Assembly: GCA_963675915.1 (NCBI GenBank)
Contig: OY780959.1
Coordinates: forward strand, 1,290,001 to 1,322,000
DNA from: Coprobacillaceae bacterium
GTDB taxonomy: Bacteria; Bacillota_I; Bacilli_A; Erysipelotrichales; Coprobacillaceae
Direction: 5' to 3'
Length of the DNA: 32,000 nt
Below, piece by piece: positions 18,837 through 27,442 of the stretch (positions within the stretch are counted from its first letter, which is position 1; every line of letters begins with the position of its first letter). Position numbers and translations under genes: made by a program. The notes under the pieces were generated by a model. The model worked only from the letters and a program-made list of their open reading frames with translations. It ran no database searches and was not told where the DNA came from.

Positions 18837-19736
18837 CTATGACCGATTGGTTTTTCCAATCGTCATCGCTTCAACTAAAAGTTTTACTGCGGGATTATCG
18901 ACTTTTTTCAAAGTGGCGGCCACAATCTCAAAGCAATGATTCGAATTTTCAATCGGGATGATCTTGAGCCGGTCAGCCAGATTGCCCAGATCATAGTTGT
19001 CCGGAACAAACCCGATCAAACCTTCAGTCATAATGTAGAAAAATTCAGTCTCGACATCATCGGCGGTTCGGGCGATATCAGGCGTGTAGCCATCAATTTT
19101 AGCCCGGGCTTCCATCAAATCATAGGATGAACCGATAATATCCGGATCAAGCATGATCAGCGGATGGGCATACAGTTGCTCTAGGGTGATTGTTTGATGA
19201 TTGGCCAGGGGATGATTATTGGCTACCACCGCGCAGTAACAGCCCTGATAAAGGGGATAGGTGACAATCTCATCATTACCTGCAAAGACCGAATCGAATG
19301 AGATTGCAATATCGTGAATACCCTTGACCAGATAGTCCGAGATGTCGCTCATTTGAACCTTATGGAGCTCAATCCGAACATTTTCGTGTTCCTTGGAGAA
19401 ATTCGGGATTGATCTTAGCAGACTTGTTACATCCATGATTCCGCCATACTCGAGAAAAAGAACCTGTTCATTGTCATCGACAAAACTGTGCATCTTTTCT
19501 TTCATATGCGCATATTGTTGCCAAATCGCCAAGGCTTCTTTATGGAAAGTCCAGCCGGCCCGGGTCGGTTCGATTGGCGTCTTCTTGCGATCAATCAGAC
19601 TGATCTCGAATTCTTTTTCCAGTGAAGCTATCTGTTGGGAAATGGTAGTTTGGGACACATAGTTCCGCTTGGCGGTTTCGGTGAAATTGCGACATTCCAC
19701 CAAATCGAGAAAATATTTAACTTTTTCAATATTCAT
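18837..19736 (-). CDS. LysR family transcriptional regulator
   Basis: The ORF track starts at 19754, but ATG 19736 has an AGGGGA SD 6 nt upstream and yields the canonical LysR N-terminus MNIEKVKYFLDLVECRNFTETAKRNYVSQTTISQQIASLEKEF. The C-terminus is a LysR substrate-binding domain. Confidence 0.9.
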   Translation of the reverse strand: MNIEKVKYFLDLVECRNFTETAKRNYVSQTTISQQIASLEKEFEISLIDRKKTPIEPTRAGWTFHKEALAIWQQYAHMKEKMHSFVDDNEQVLFLEYGGIMDVTSLLRSIPNFSKEHENVRIELHKVQMSDISDYLVKGIHDIAISFDSVFAGNDEIVTYPLYQGCYCAVVANNHPLANHQTITLEQLYAHPLIMLDPDIIGSSYDLMEARAKIDGYTPDIARTADDVETEFFYIMTEGLIGFVPDNYDLGNLADRLKIIPIENSNHCFEIVAATLKKVDNPAVKLLVEAMTIGKTNRS

Positions 19737-19808
19737 AATAAATCCCCTTTTCATTGCTTATAAATTATAACAATAAAACCACAAATCGCAAAGCCAGGTT
19801 CAAAACAA

Positions 19809-19847
19809 GAAAAAAAGCCCGGTTTCCAGTGAGGGGAAACCGGGCTC
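19809..19847 (-). terminator. Strong rho-independent terminator downstream of the enoate-reductase-like gene
   Basis: 12-bp GC-rich stem AGCCCGGTTTCC / GGAAACCGGGCT (19816-19827 / 19835-19846), followed on the minus strand by T7. Confidence 0.9.
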
Positions 19848-19905
19848 GATAAGATAAGAAATTAAATATATAAGATAAGAAATTAATTAATGGGTAAAGA
19901 TATTA

Positions 19906-21855
19906 TTAGATGTCCATTCCGGCATGGTGACCTTGATAAATCGCTGTTGTGATTGTCGAAACTTTGGCACAGTCACCAATAGTCATGACAATTGGTGCCA
20001 CATCAACAAGTTGATCAACGACATTTCGTCTAGCTCTTTGTCCAAGAGCGCAGATTACTGTTTCACCATCAAGCATCACGTCATTTCCGTCTTGGTCTTG
20101 ACATAAAATTCCGGTTTCGCTTACTTGCATACCTTTATGGTTTTTGAATACTTCGATTCCTTTTTCAGCCACTTGTTCCAACAATAATGGACGGTGACGG
20201 ATATTGGCATCAGGAGCCAGTTCTCCGGCCATTTCAACCAATTTCACTTGTTTTCCTTCGTTAGCCAAATGAACAGCCAACTCAGTACCAGAGAGTCCCC
20301 CACCTAAAACGATGACAGAATCTTTGACATTTTCTTGATTATGATGATAAGCAGTTGCTTGGATCACGTTCGCTCCATCAAGTCCTGGGATTGGTGGTAC
20401 CAATGCTTCAGAACCAGCGGCAACAATTACCACATCCGCGTTTTCAGCTTCGGCATAAGCTTTGTCGACAGTAGTGTTCAAACGGATTTCAACTCCAGCT
20501 TCTTCAGCCAGTTTCCCTAAAGAAACTCCCAGTTGATACATGTTGTATTTGAATGGGATCGCTTTTTCACCGATCAGGATTCCTCCCACTTCGTCGTTTG
20601 AATCGCAAAGAACAACTTCATGACCACGACGAGCTGCTGTATAGGCAGCTTGAAGTCCTCCAGGACCTCCACCGACAACCAGAACTTTTTTCTTGTTTGC
20701 TGCCGGCAAGATTTCCATGCCATCCATTTCACGACCGATCAATGGATTGACTGTACATCTTCTAGTACCGGTAACCGCACGTTCAGCCATACATGTGAAA
20801 CAACGCATACATTTGACAATTTTGTCTTCGCGGTTAGTGGTAACTTTTTTAGGAAGTTCCGGATCTGCCAATAAGGCACGAGCCATTTCAACGATATCCG
20901 CTTTTCCAGAAGCGATGATTTCTTCCATTTTTTCCGGATCATTCAAAGCCCCGATAGTTGCAACCGGTACTTTGACATGTTTTTTTATTTCAGCTGCCAA
21001 ATATACATTAGGACCGTGTTCTAGGAACATTGATGGGTGAGTTACCCCGAAACCTTTTTGATAGGTTCCGGCTGAGACATGAAGAAGATCGATTTTATCT
21101 TCAATCAATTTGGCGATTTCAACCCCGTCTTCAAGCGTGTAACCACCCTCGAACAGTTCCGAACCACTCATTCTGAATTCAATTGGGAATCCTGGCCCGA
21201 CCGCTTTACGGATGCTTTCAAGCACTTCGACAGCGAAACGAACGCGGTTTTCCAATGGCCCACCGTACTCATCAGTTCTCTTGTTGAAGAAAGGTGAAAG
21301 GAATTGGTTGATCAGCCAACCATGACCACCGTGAACCATAACCATTTCAAATCCGGCTTTTTTGGCAAGAGCCGCTTTTTCCCCGTATGCTTCCACGATT
21401 TCAGCGATCAATTCTTTGGTAAGTTCTTTTACCGGACGACCATCAGGACGAACCCCTTCGCTTGGTCCCCATTGAGCCATTCCTTCTTTTTTATCCTTGT
21501 CAACCAGGTAAGTCCCGGCATATTGACCCGAGTGAGACAACTCAACGCTGGCAATCGCCCCATGACGACGGATTGCATCAGCAGTGTAAGTGAAACTAGC
21601 CAATGAATTGACAGTTTGCAGATCAAGGTGATACATATGTGAAGCTTCTGTTTTTGGATGAACAACCAGCTCACTGACAGTAACGTTGGCAACGCCACCT
21701 TTTGCTCTTAATTCGTAAAACGCTGTAGATTTAGGACCGATTGTACAATCAGCTGTAATATCAGTTCCACCCATAGGCGCTCCGAACATTCTGTTTCTGA
21801 AATATACATTACCAATTTGGATTGGTTTGCATAAATTTGGGAACTTTCTTTCCAT
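19906..21855 (-). CDS. OYE-family NADH:flavin oxidoreductase fused to 4Fe-4S and FAD/NAD(P) domains (2-enoate reductase / 2,4-dienoyl-CoA reductase family)
   Basis: 649 aa. The N-terminal TIM-barrel OYE pattern includes MVHGGHGWLINQFLSP..N.RTDEYGG. The Cys cluster CMRCFTCMAERAVTGTRRCTVNP has CxxCxxC...C spacing as in FadH/enoate reductases. Two Rossmann motifs follow: VLVVGGGPGGLQAA and IVLGGGLSGTELA. Confidence 0.9.
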   Translation of the reverse strand: MERKFPNLCKPIQIGNVYFRNRMFGAPMGGTDITADCTIGPKSTAFYELRAKGGVANVTVSELVVHPKTEASHMYHLDLQTVNSLASFTYTADAIRRHGAIASVELSHSGQYAGTYLVDKDKKEGMAQWGPSEGVRPDGRPVKELTKELIAEIVEAYGEKAALAKKAGFEMVMVHGGHGWLINQFLSPFFNKRTDEYGGPLENRVRFAVEVLESIRKAVGPGFPIEFRMSGSELFEGGYTLEDGVEIAKLIEDKIDLLHVSAGTYQKGFGVTHPSMFLEHGPNVYLAAEIKKHVKVPVATIGALNDPEKMEEIIASGKADIVEMARALLADPELPKKVTTNREDKIVKCMRCFTCMAERAVTGTRRCTVNPLIGREMDGMEILPAANKKKVLVVGGGPGGLQAAYTAARRGHEVVLCDSNDEVGGILIGEKAIPFKYNMYQLGVSLGKLAEEAGVEIRLNTTVDKAYAEAENADVVIVAAGSEALVPPIPGLDGANVIQATAYHHNQENVKDSVIVLGGGLSGTELAVHLANEGKQVKLVEMAGELAPDANIRHRPLLLEQVAEKGIEVFKNHKGMQVSETGILCQDQDGNDVMLDGETVICALGQRARRNVVDQLVDVAPIVMTIGDCAKVSTITTAIYQGHHAGMDI

Positions 21856-21880
21856 GTTTATCTCCTTTGTTTTTTTGAAT

Positions 21881-23107
21881 CTATTTCTTTTTTAATGCAC
21901 GATAACCAAATGACAACAATAATCCCGCAAATGAGAATCCCATTGCTACCAGGAATCCACCGTTGTAGCTTCCAGTGCTTCCGTTGATGTTGTTCAGGAT
22001 AGTTGGTCCGAAGTATCCGGCAACCGCAAACCCGATGAACATGATTCCGAAGTTAACACTGTTGTTTTTAGGTCCGAACTGATCGGCAGTGAATCCTGGG
22101 AAGACTCCCATGAACGCTCCAAAACAAATTCCGACAATTGAAATTCCAACGAAGAATAAAGCTGTATCTCCAGTGTTGGCGAAATATAACATTGCCAAAC
22201 CGATGATTGAAGCCACACAAGCCAATGCCAATGCGTTGACACGACCGATTTTGTCTGATAAGGTCCCGGCGAATACCCGACCGAATACGTTGAATAAAGC
22301 CAAAGTAGAAACTGCAGTAGTAGCTCCAGCAGCAGTCAAGCCAACCATTCTTTGAGCGATTGGTGAAATCATTGGAATGAACATCAATGCCGCGAAAGCA
22401 CCACATGTCAGCATAACGATCATTACATAGAAGATCGGGCTAGCCAACATCCCTTTCCAATCTTTGTTTACAACTGCGTTGTTTCCTCCAGCAGCTGGTG
22501 GTGTCCAACCTTCAGGTACGAAACCATCCGGACATTTTTGAATGAATAAAGAACTGATTGCGATGATGACAATGAATGCCCCACCGATGATTTTAAATGC
22601 ATTAGTAGGTCCCGCAGCTGCAATGATTGCCGCAGCGATTGGCGGAATGATTACTGAAGAAATTCCGAAAGTCGAAGTAGTCAGACCTCCGATAAGACCT
22701 CGACGGTCCGGGAAGAATTTGATACAGGTACTGATAGTAGCCCCGTAAACCATTCCTAAACCAAGTCCCAGCAAGATACTGTAAGTTACAATCAAGAAGT
22801 TGATGCTCGTAGCGAATCCAGATGCGAACATTCCGCCCCCGAACATCATCCCTCCAAGCAAGACAACTGCTTTAGGTCCCAAAGCATCGTTGATTTTCCC
22901 TCCGGAAATCATTGTGATTGGTCCAACTGAGTTAGCGATAATAAAGACAATTGATAAATCACGAGCTGTCATTTCAACCCCGTTCAACTCTCCCAAGTAT
23001 GCAGCCATCGGTCCGGCAAGTACGCTCCACGCATACAATGAACCAACGCAAAGATTGATGAAACAGCAGGCAGCAAGAATATACCACCTTTTTTTAGTTA
23101 AACTCAT
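21881..23107 (-). CDS. MFS transporter (oxalate/formate antiporter-like subfamily)
   Basis: The ORF track starts at 23182. ATG 23107 has GGAGGAG SD upstream and gives MSLTKKRWYILAACCFINLCVGSLYAWSV, a typical OFA-type MFS N-terminus. About 12 TM segments. Only 25 bp separate it from the downstream reductase gene, so they are probably co-transcribed. Confidence 0.85.
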   Translation of the reverse strand: MSLTKKRWYILAACCFINLCVGSLYAWSVLAGPMAAYLGELNGVEMTARDLSIVFIIANSVGPITMISGGKINDALGPKAVVLLGGMMFGGGMFASGFATSINFLIVTYSILLGLGLGMVYGATISTCIKFFPDRRGLIGGLTTSTFGISSVIIPPIAAAIIAAAGPTNAFKIIGGAFIVIIAISSLFIQKCPDGFVPEGWTPPAAGGNNAVVNKDWKGMLASPIFYVMIVMLTCGAFAALMFIPMISPIAQRMVGLTAAGATTAVSTLALFNVFGRVFAGTLSDKIGRVNALALACVASIIGLAMLYFANTGDTALFFVGISIVGICFGAFMGVFPGFTADQFGPKNNSVNFGIMFIGFAVAGYFGPTILNNINGSTGSYNGGFLVAMGFSFAGLLLSFGYRALKKK

Positions 23108-23143
23108 TTTTTCTCCTCCAAAGTTTGTTAAAAATATAACAAA

Positions 23144-23173
23144 GTTATACCATATAAAAACCATACATGTCAA
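23144..23173 (-). promoter_or_regulatory. Candidate promoter of the MFS/enoate-reductase operon (TTGACA-18 bp-TGgTATAAC)
   Basis: On the minus strand: -35 TTGACA (23173-23168), an 18-nt spacer, and -10 TATAAC (23149-23144) preceded by TGG. The -35 lies inside the PadR-type palindrome. Confidence 0.55.
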
Positions 23174-23184
23174 TATATACATGT
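23165..23184. promoter_or_regulatory. PadR-type operator, ACATGT-N8-ACATGT (contains ATGT-N8-ACAT)
   Basis: ACATGTCAATATATACATGT is read directly at 23165-23184. ATGT-N8-ACAT is the inverted-repeat core reported for PadR-family operators. It overlaps the -35 of the minus-strand promoter and abuts the -35 of the padR-like promoter. Confidence 0.65.
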
Positions 23185-23212
23185 TGATTTGTGAAAATTT
23201 TTACTTTATTAT
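23184..23212 (+). promoter_or_regulatory. Candidate promoter of the PadR-family gene (TTGATT-17 bp-TATTAT)
   Basis: -35 TTGATT (23184-23189), a 17-nt spacer, and -10 TATTAT (23207-23212). AAGGAGA SD lies at about 23233, ahead of ATG 23246. Confidence 0.55.
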
Positions 23213-23245
23213 GTAGGTAGATAAAGAAAACTAAGGAGAAATTCC

Positions 23246-23797
23246 ATGAGAGTACTAAAATATGCAATTCTCGGTTTGTTGATCAAAAGACCGATGACCG
23301 GATATGAACTGGCCAAAGAATTCAACTTCGAGTTGGCCGAATTCTGGCATGCCAGCCACAGCCAGATTTATCCGGAACTCAAAAAGCTTAATAATGAAGG
23401 TTTGGTAACTTTCGATGTCGAAATCAGTGGCGATATTCTCGAAGCGAAACGTTATCATATCACCGAGGAAGGTGAACAGGACTTCATCCAATGGCTCCAT
23501 AAGGATGACAAAATTCCCCGCACCCAAAAAGATGTCTTTAGATTACGGATGTATTTTTCTAATAATCTCGATCCGCAAACCCGGATCCACCTGCTTGAAA
23601 ATCAGCGCCAACAGCATCTTAAAAGAATGAACAACTTACTTAAGACCTCGGAACAGTACCCCGAAGTACCCGACCTTGATTCCGACCGTTTTGGGGATTT
23701 CATCGTCCTTAAAGGGGCAATTATGCGTCAGGAAAGCATAATCAACTGGATCGATCTTTGCATCAAATACATCCAGGAAGGTTCATCTTCAAAATAA
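23246..23797 (+). CDS. PadR family transcriptional regulator
   Basis: 183 aa. The N-terminal winged HTH LKYAILGLLIKRPMTGYELAKEF...FWHASHSQIYPELKKLNNEGLV is the canonical PadR signature. The C-terminal extension is typical of PadR subfamily 1. Confidence 0.92.
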   Translation: MRVLKYAILGLLIKRPMTGYELAKEFNFELAEFWHASHSQIYPELKKLNNEGLVTFDVEISGDILEAKRYHITEEGEQDFIQWLHKDDKIPRTQKDVFRLRMYFSNNLDPQTRIHLLENQRQQHLKRMNNLLKTSEQYPEVPDLDSDRFGDFIVLKGAIMRQESIINWIDLCIKYIQEGSSSK

Positions 23798-23814
23798 TAA
23801 TAATAATCAACTTA

Positions 23815-23848
23815 AGCCTGCTCGAAAAAGTTCAAGCGGGCTTTTTGG
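23815..23848 (+). terminator. Rho-independent terminator downstream of the PadR-family gene
   Basis: 8-bp stem AGCCTGCT / AGCGGGCT (one G-U pair) at 23815-23822 / 23835-23842, followed by TTTTTGGTTT. Confidence 0.7.
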
Positions 23849-24188
23849 TTTGAAAACCAAAAATAATCCTTTCATTAATAAATAGTTAATATTGGAAACT
23901 AGTTGGAATAGATCAAATCATATTATCGGAGGGATAAATTTGAATAATAACCACAACTTGATCCAAGCAGAGAGCTCGTGATAAAACCGGAGCCAATCAA
24001 TATGAGCGACCGCTGTCTTTATCACCTCAATTCATCTTGATGCTATCGACCAATCACAAAGCATACTGGATTTAGCCAGAAAAAAATTTGGTACCGATTA
24101 ACTCTCAACTGAATTCCTATGACTGTTTTGCAACTTTATCAACTACTAAAAGTTCATTTCAAAACAAGTTTCAACCCAACCTTATCAC

Positions 24189-24237
24189 AAAAAAAGAGTC
24201 CTAGCAGACAAAACAGTTGTACTGCAAAAGGACTCTT
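24189..24237 (-). terminator. Rho-independent terminator downstream of the SGNH hydrolase gene
   Basis: Long interrupted hairpin: outer 9-bp stem AAGAGTCCT / AGGACTCTT, with inner GCAG/CTGC and ACAA/TTGT pairs. It is followed on the minus strand by T7. Confidence 0.8.
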
Positions 24238-24285
24238 AATAAAATTTATATGAAATTGTAAAATATAATGTCAATTAATCTGATA

Positions 24286-25248
24286 TTAATTTAAACCAGC
24301 CGCGATTGCATCTGCAAACTCTCCAGCCACGACTTGATAACCTATTTCAGTCAAATGAATATCTGTCATAGGTAAAGTCGGAATAGACCAATCCAAATAC
24401 AAACTGCCACCGGCATATAGCGAGTATGGTAAATTATCGAAACTTGTTGGATAACCATAAGCAGACATAGGATTGTCTAAAACATAAATTCCAGTAAAAG
24501 GTATTTCACTGTAGGTACCATTTACACTGCCAAGCGTTTCCACATACACAACATTAGATAAGCCGATATTACTTACCGCGTTGAAAATTTTGCTATTAAG
24601 GAGTAATACCGAATTCGTCATACCGTATATCCCCATGGAGTCAAGAATTGGAAGAGGATTGTAATATCCCATTATATAAATTTTGGCATCATGATTTACA
24701 CTGAGGATATTGTTTACAATCATTTCCAACTTATTAGTCAATCCACTTGTCTCAATATTTGTGGTACTTTGTTGTATTGCAGCCGCTAATGCGACTTCCA
24801 AAGGTTGGGTCAAGGTACCTGCAAGATAACTGTTATACAGATCGTAGAACGGATCAAATACATCATTGGCACCGGTCGTGATAGTAATAATTTCTGCTCG
24901 GACCATTTGTGAAAATTCTTCTCCTTTTTGAGAAGTTGCTGCCAAAAGGTCGTCGGAAGTGCTCCCGATTACACTATAACCCTCATAGAAACCCCCCCGA
25001 AGGCCGAGTTCTCCAATATCATTACCATGAAGCCAGTCATCAATTATATCAGTATAGCCTTCATCAAGATTCGGATTTGTTCCTGGTGGATTGCTTGCCA
25101 GTAAACCAGCCGCAAGTGAATCACCCATAGCAACATAGTCAACAGTTACTTGAGCATGGGCATTGACGGCATAAACCGGAGCTGCTGTTGAGACAACCAT
25201 GGCCAGCGTCAATGCTGACGATGTAAAGAATTTAGAATTGATTTTCAT
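24286..25248 (-). CDS. Secreted SGNH/GDSL-family hydrolase (lipase/esterase)
   Basis: 320 aa. The Sec signal peptide is MKINSKFFTSSALTLAMVVSTAAPVYAVNA. Block I is VAMGDSLAAG (GDS) and block III is TTGANDVF (GxND). A C-terminal TDIH-type His block is present. AAGGAAA SD lies upstream. Confidence 0.88.
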   Translation of the reverse strand: MKINSKFFTSSALTLAMVVSTAAPVYAVNAHAQVTVDYVAMGDSLAAGLLASNPPGTNPNLDEGYTDIIDDWLHGNDIGELGLRGGFYEGYSVIGSTSDDLLAATSQKGEEFSQMVRAEIITITTGANDVFDPFYDLYNSYLAGTLTQPLEVALAAAIQQSTTNIETSGLTNKLEMIVNNILSVNHDAKIYIMGYYNPLPILDSMGIYGMTNSVLLLNSKIFNAVSNIGLSNVVYVETLGSVNGTYSEIPFTGIYVLDNPMSAYGYPTSFDNLPYSLYAGGSLYLDWSIPTLPMTDIHLTEIGYQVVAGEFADAIAAGLN

Positions 25249-25438
25249 AATAAAATTTCCTTTCTTACTCTCGATATTAGTTTGAAAACAAGATTCTAAA
25301 ACAATAGCTTTGTAATTAGGATAAGATTATTTGGTAACATCTTAGTAACAATCGCTTAAAAACACCTCTTTTAGAGCATATGCCCAAAACTGATTCTTTT
25401 AAGCGGCTGATTGTCATCATTCAAAATCAAACGCTGGC

Positions 25439-25477
25439 AAAAAAAGCTTCAAAGAAAATTTTATTCCTTTGAAGCTT
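25439..25477 (-). terminator. Rho-independent terminator downstream of the HD-GYP gene
   Basis: Perfect 10-bp stem AGCTTCAAAG / CTTTGAAGCT (25445-25454 / 25467-25476) with a 12-nt loop, followed on the minus strand by T7. Confidence 0.85.
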
Positions 25478-25534
25478 AGTTATATATTGATTATATCAAG
25501 TTAACCAGCACGATTATCCGGGTGCTTGAAAATA

Positions 25535-27442
25535 TTATCCTGCAAACGAATCGTAAATAACCTCAAATTTCTGTTCAGCTTTCACGAAAGCATTTACAAC
25601 ATCCGGATCAAAATGTTTACCGGCCTCTTCAATGATAACTTCCATCACATCACGGTGAGTCATGGTTGCTTTGTAGGGTCTTTTCGAACGCAGTGCATCA
25701 TAGACATCAACCAGAGCCATTATCCGGGCCGCAAGTGGAATATCAGTTCCTTGCAAACCTTGAAGATATCCAGAACCATCCCAGCGTTCATGATGATATT
25801 TGGCAATCCTTTGCGCCATGATGATTCTCCGTTGCGGGTTTTCCCTGACCATTTTGGCCAGGAAATCCGCACCGATATCCACATGGGTTTTGATTCTTTC
25901 ATATTCATCATTTTCCAGTTTGCCAGGTTTAAGCAGAATATTGTCCGGAATATTAATTTTTCCCAAGTCGTGGAGTGCCGATGCAAAAAAGATATCTTCG
26001 AGATATTCATCATCAATCACGTCATTATATTTTACCTGGTTCCGCAAACTTTTACCCAGAACCCGGCAAAGATACTGAACCCTTTCAACATGTTTCCCGG
26101 TTTCCACATCTCTGGCCTCAGTTAGTTTGGCCAAAGCAATAATTGACGATTTTTGTGCATCCTCGACTTCATTAGTCTTTTCCTGGATTTCTTTTTCCAA
26201 AGAAATCCGTCGTTGTTCAAGCGCTTCTTCCATCTGTTTAACTTTGGTGATGTCGCTTTTGATAGCGATATAATGACTTATTTCTTTATCCTCGTTTTGA
26301 ATTGGAGCGATCATTGACGACTCCCAGTACAACTCACCATCTTTGCGGCGGTTATGGAAAACCCCCTTCCAGTTTTCGCCTCGCGAGATTTTACCCCATA
26401 AATCATCATAAAAATCTTGATCATGATTTCCTGATTTGAGCATCCGGGGATTCTTTCCGACCACTTCTTCAAAAGAATATCCGGTAATCTTCGAAAACTC
26501 GGCATTGACAAATTCAATCTCCGCTTTTTCATTGGTCAAGACAACAGCAGCCGGAGAATATTTGACCGCCTTGTTGATTATTTCCAGCATTTTTTCCTGT
26601 TCCTTGGCTTTAGTGACATCAATCCGGAATCCGAAAATAGTTGTCGCTTTGCCGGTTTTGCGTTCATGGACACTTCCAGATGCCCGCATCCAGATCGGGT
26701 GCCCGTCCTTGTGGATATATTTGATCTCGAGTGAATCGTTATCCAGTTCGCCATCAATCAGAGCCTGAAGTCGGGAGCTGGCTCTTTCGACATATTTCTC
26801 GTCAATATATTTCTTCCACCCTACCATCGAATTGTCAATTTCTTCGGGATCATAACCTATCAGTTCGGCCCAGTTGCGGCTGTATTTCATTGTTCTAGCT
26901 TCAACATTCATCTCCCATAGGGCAATCTTATTGACCTCAGTGATGTTGGCAATGCGAAGTTGGCTTTCTTCCAGGTTATGCTGCAATTCGACTCTTTTGA
27001 TCGCCGACACCAACATATTCGCAAAAATTCGCAATACTTCCCGTTCCAAAGCTGTGAATTTCCGCTTGTTAATTACCGAATCAAATCCCAAAAATCCGTA
27101 AAGCCCCTCATCACTGAGCATCGGCAACGCAATCAAACTTTTGATTTCATGATGGTCAAGTCCTTCGCGAAGTTCACTGTCTTTTTCCAGTTTGGCGACA
27201 TCGGGAATATACATCTCCTTGCCGTCAAGATGGTTGCAGATCCATTGATCCATCCCATTCAAAGACACGTTTTGTAAGCTGTCAATCTGCGGGGCAATCG
27301 ATCGGCGACAATATTCAAAAGTATTCGAGCACTCATTCTTATCGAAATCATATTTGAAGATATAAACCCGATCAACCCGGAAAAACTCACCCAGGATGCG
27401 AAGCACTTCGTTGATTTTTTCTTCATAATTTTCGCTGGTCAT
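25535..27442 (-). CDS. GAF-PAS-PAS-HD-GYP signalling protein (putative cyclic-dinucleotide phosphodiesterase)
   Basis: The N-terminal GAF-like region includes ...SLIALPMLSDEGLYGFLGFDSV. Two PAS units each end in DVTKAKE / DITKVKQ; the second has GKNPRMLKSG...FYDDLW...NRRKDGELYW. The C-terminal HD domain carries ALHDLGK and HHERWDGSGYLQG (the HD-GYP motif with GYL in place of GYP). The ORF track starts at TTG 27454; I list the first ATG (27442). Neither has a good SD. Confidence 0.88.
   Translation of the reverse strand: MTSENYEEKINEVLRILGEFFRVDRVYIFKYDFDKNECSNTFEYCRRSIAPQIDSLQNVSLNGMDQWICNHLDGKEMYIPDVAKLEKDSELREGLDHHEIKSLIALPMLSDEGLYGFLGFDSVINKRKFTALEREVLRIFANMLVSAIKRVELQHNLEESQLRIANITEVNKIALWEMNVEARTMKYSRNWAELIGYDPEEIDNSMVGWKKYIDEKYVERASSRLQALIDGELDNDSLEIKYIHKDGHPIWMRASGSVHERKTGKATTIFGFRIDVTKAKEQEKMLEIINKAVKYSPAAVVLTNEKAEIEFVNAEFSKITGYSFEEVVGKNPRMLKSGNHDQDFYDDLWGKISRGENWKGVFHNRRKDGELYWESSMIAPIQNEDKEISHYIAIKSDITKVKQMEEALEQRRISLEKEIQEKTNEVEDAQKSSIIALAKLTEARDVETGKHVERVQYLCRVLGKSLRNQVKYNDVIDDEYLEDIFFASALHDLGKINIPDNILLKPGKLENDEYERIKTHVDIGADFLAKMVRENPQRRIIMAQRIAKYHHERWDGSGYLQGLQGTDIPLAARIMALVDVYDALRSKRPYKATMTHRDVMEVIIEEAGKHFDPDVVNAFVKAEQKFEVIYDSFAG

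Noticed and set aside
19851-19886. Perfect 15-bp direct repeat AAGATAAGAAATTAA (19851-19865 and 19872-19886) in the 3' UTR of the reductase gene.
   Set aside because: It is short, AT-rich and present in only two copies. It is most simply a small local duplication with no array structure, and is not CRISPR- or iteron-like.
23931-24110. Possible remnant of a class I SAM-dependent methyltransferase. GGAGGG plus TTG opens MNNNHNLIQAESS*. A later frame reads ...ITSIHLDAIDQSQSILDLARKKFGTD*, reminiscent of the G.D.S..ML..A.. motif II region.
   Set aside because: Only about 30 residues of weak resemblance are spread over three frames with stops. That is too little to call a pseudogene without a blastx search.
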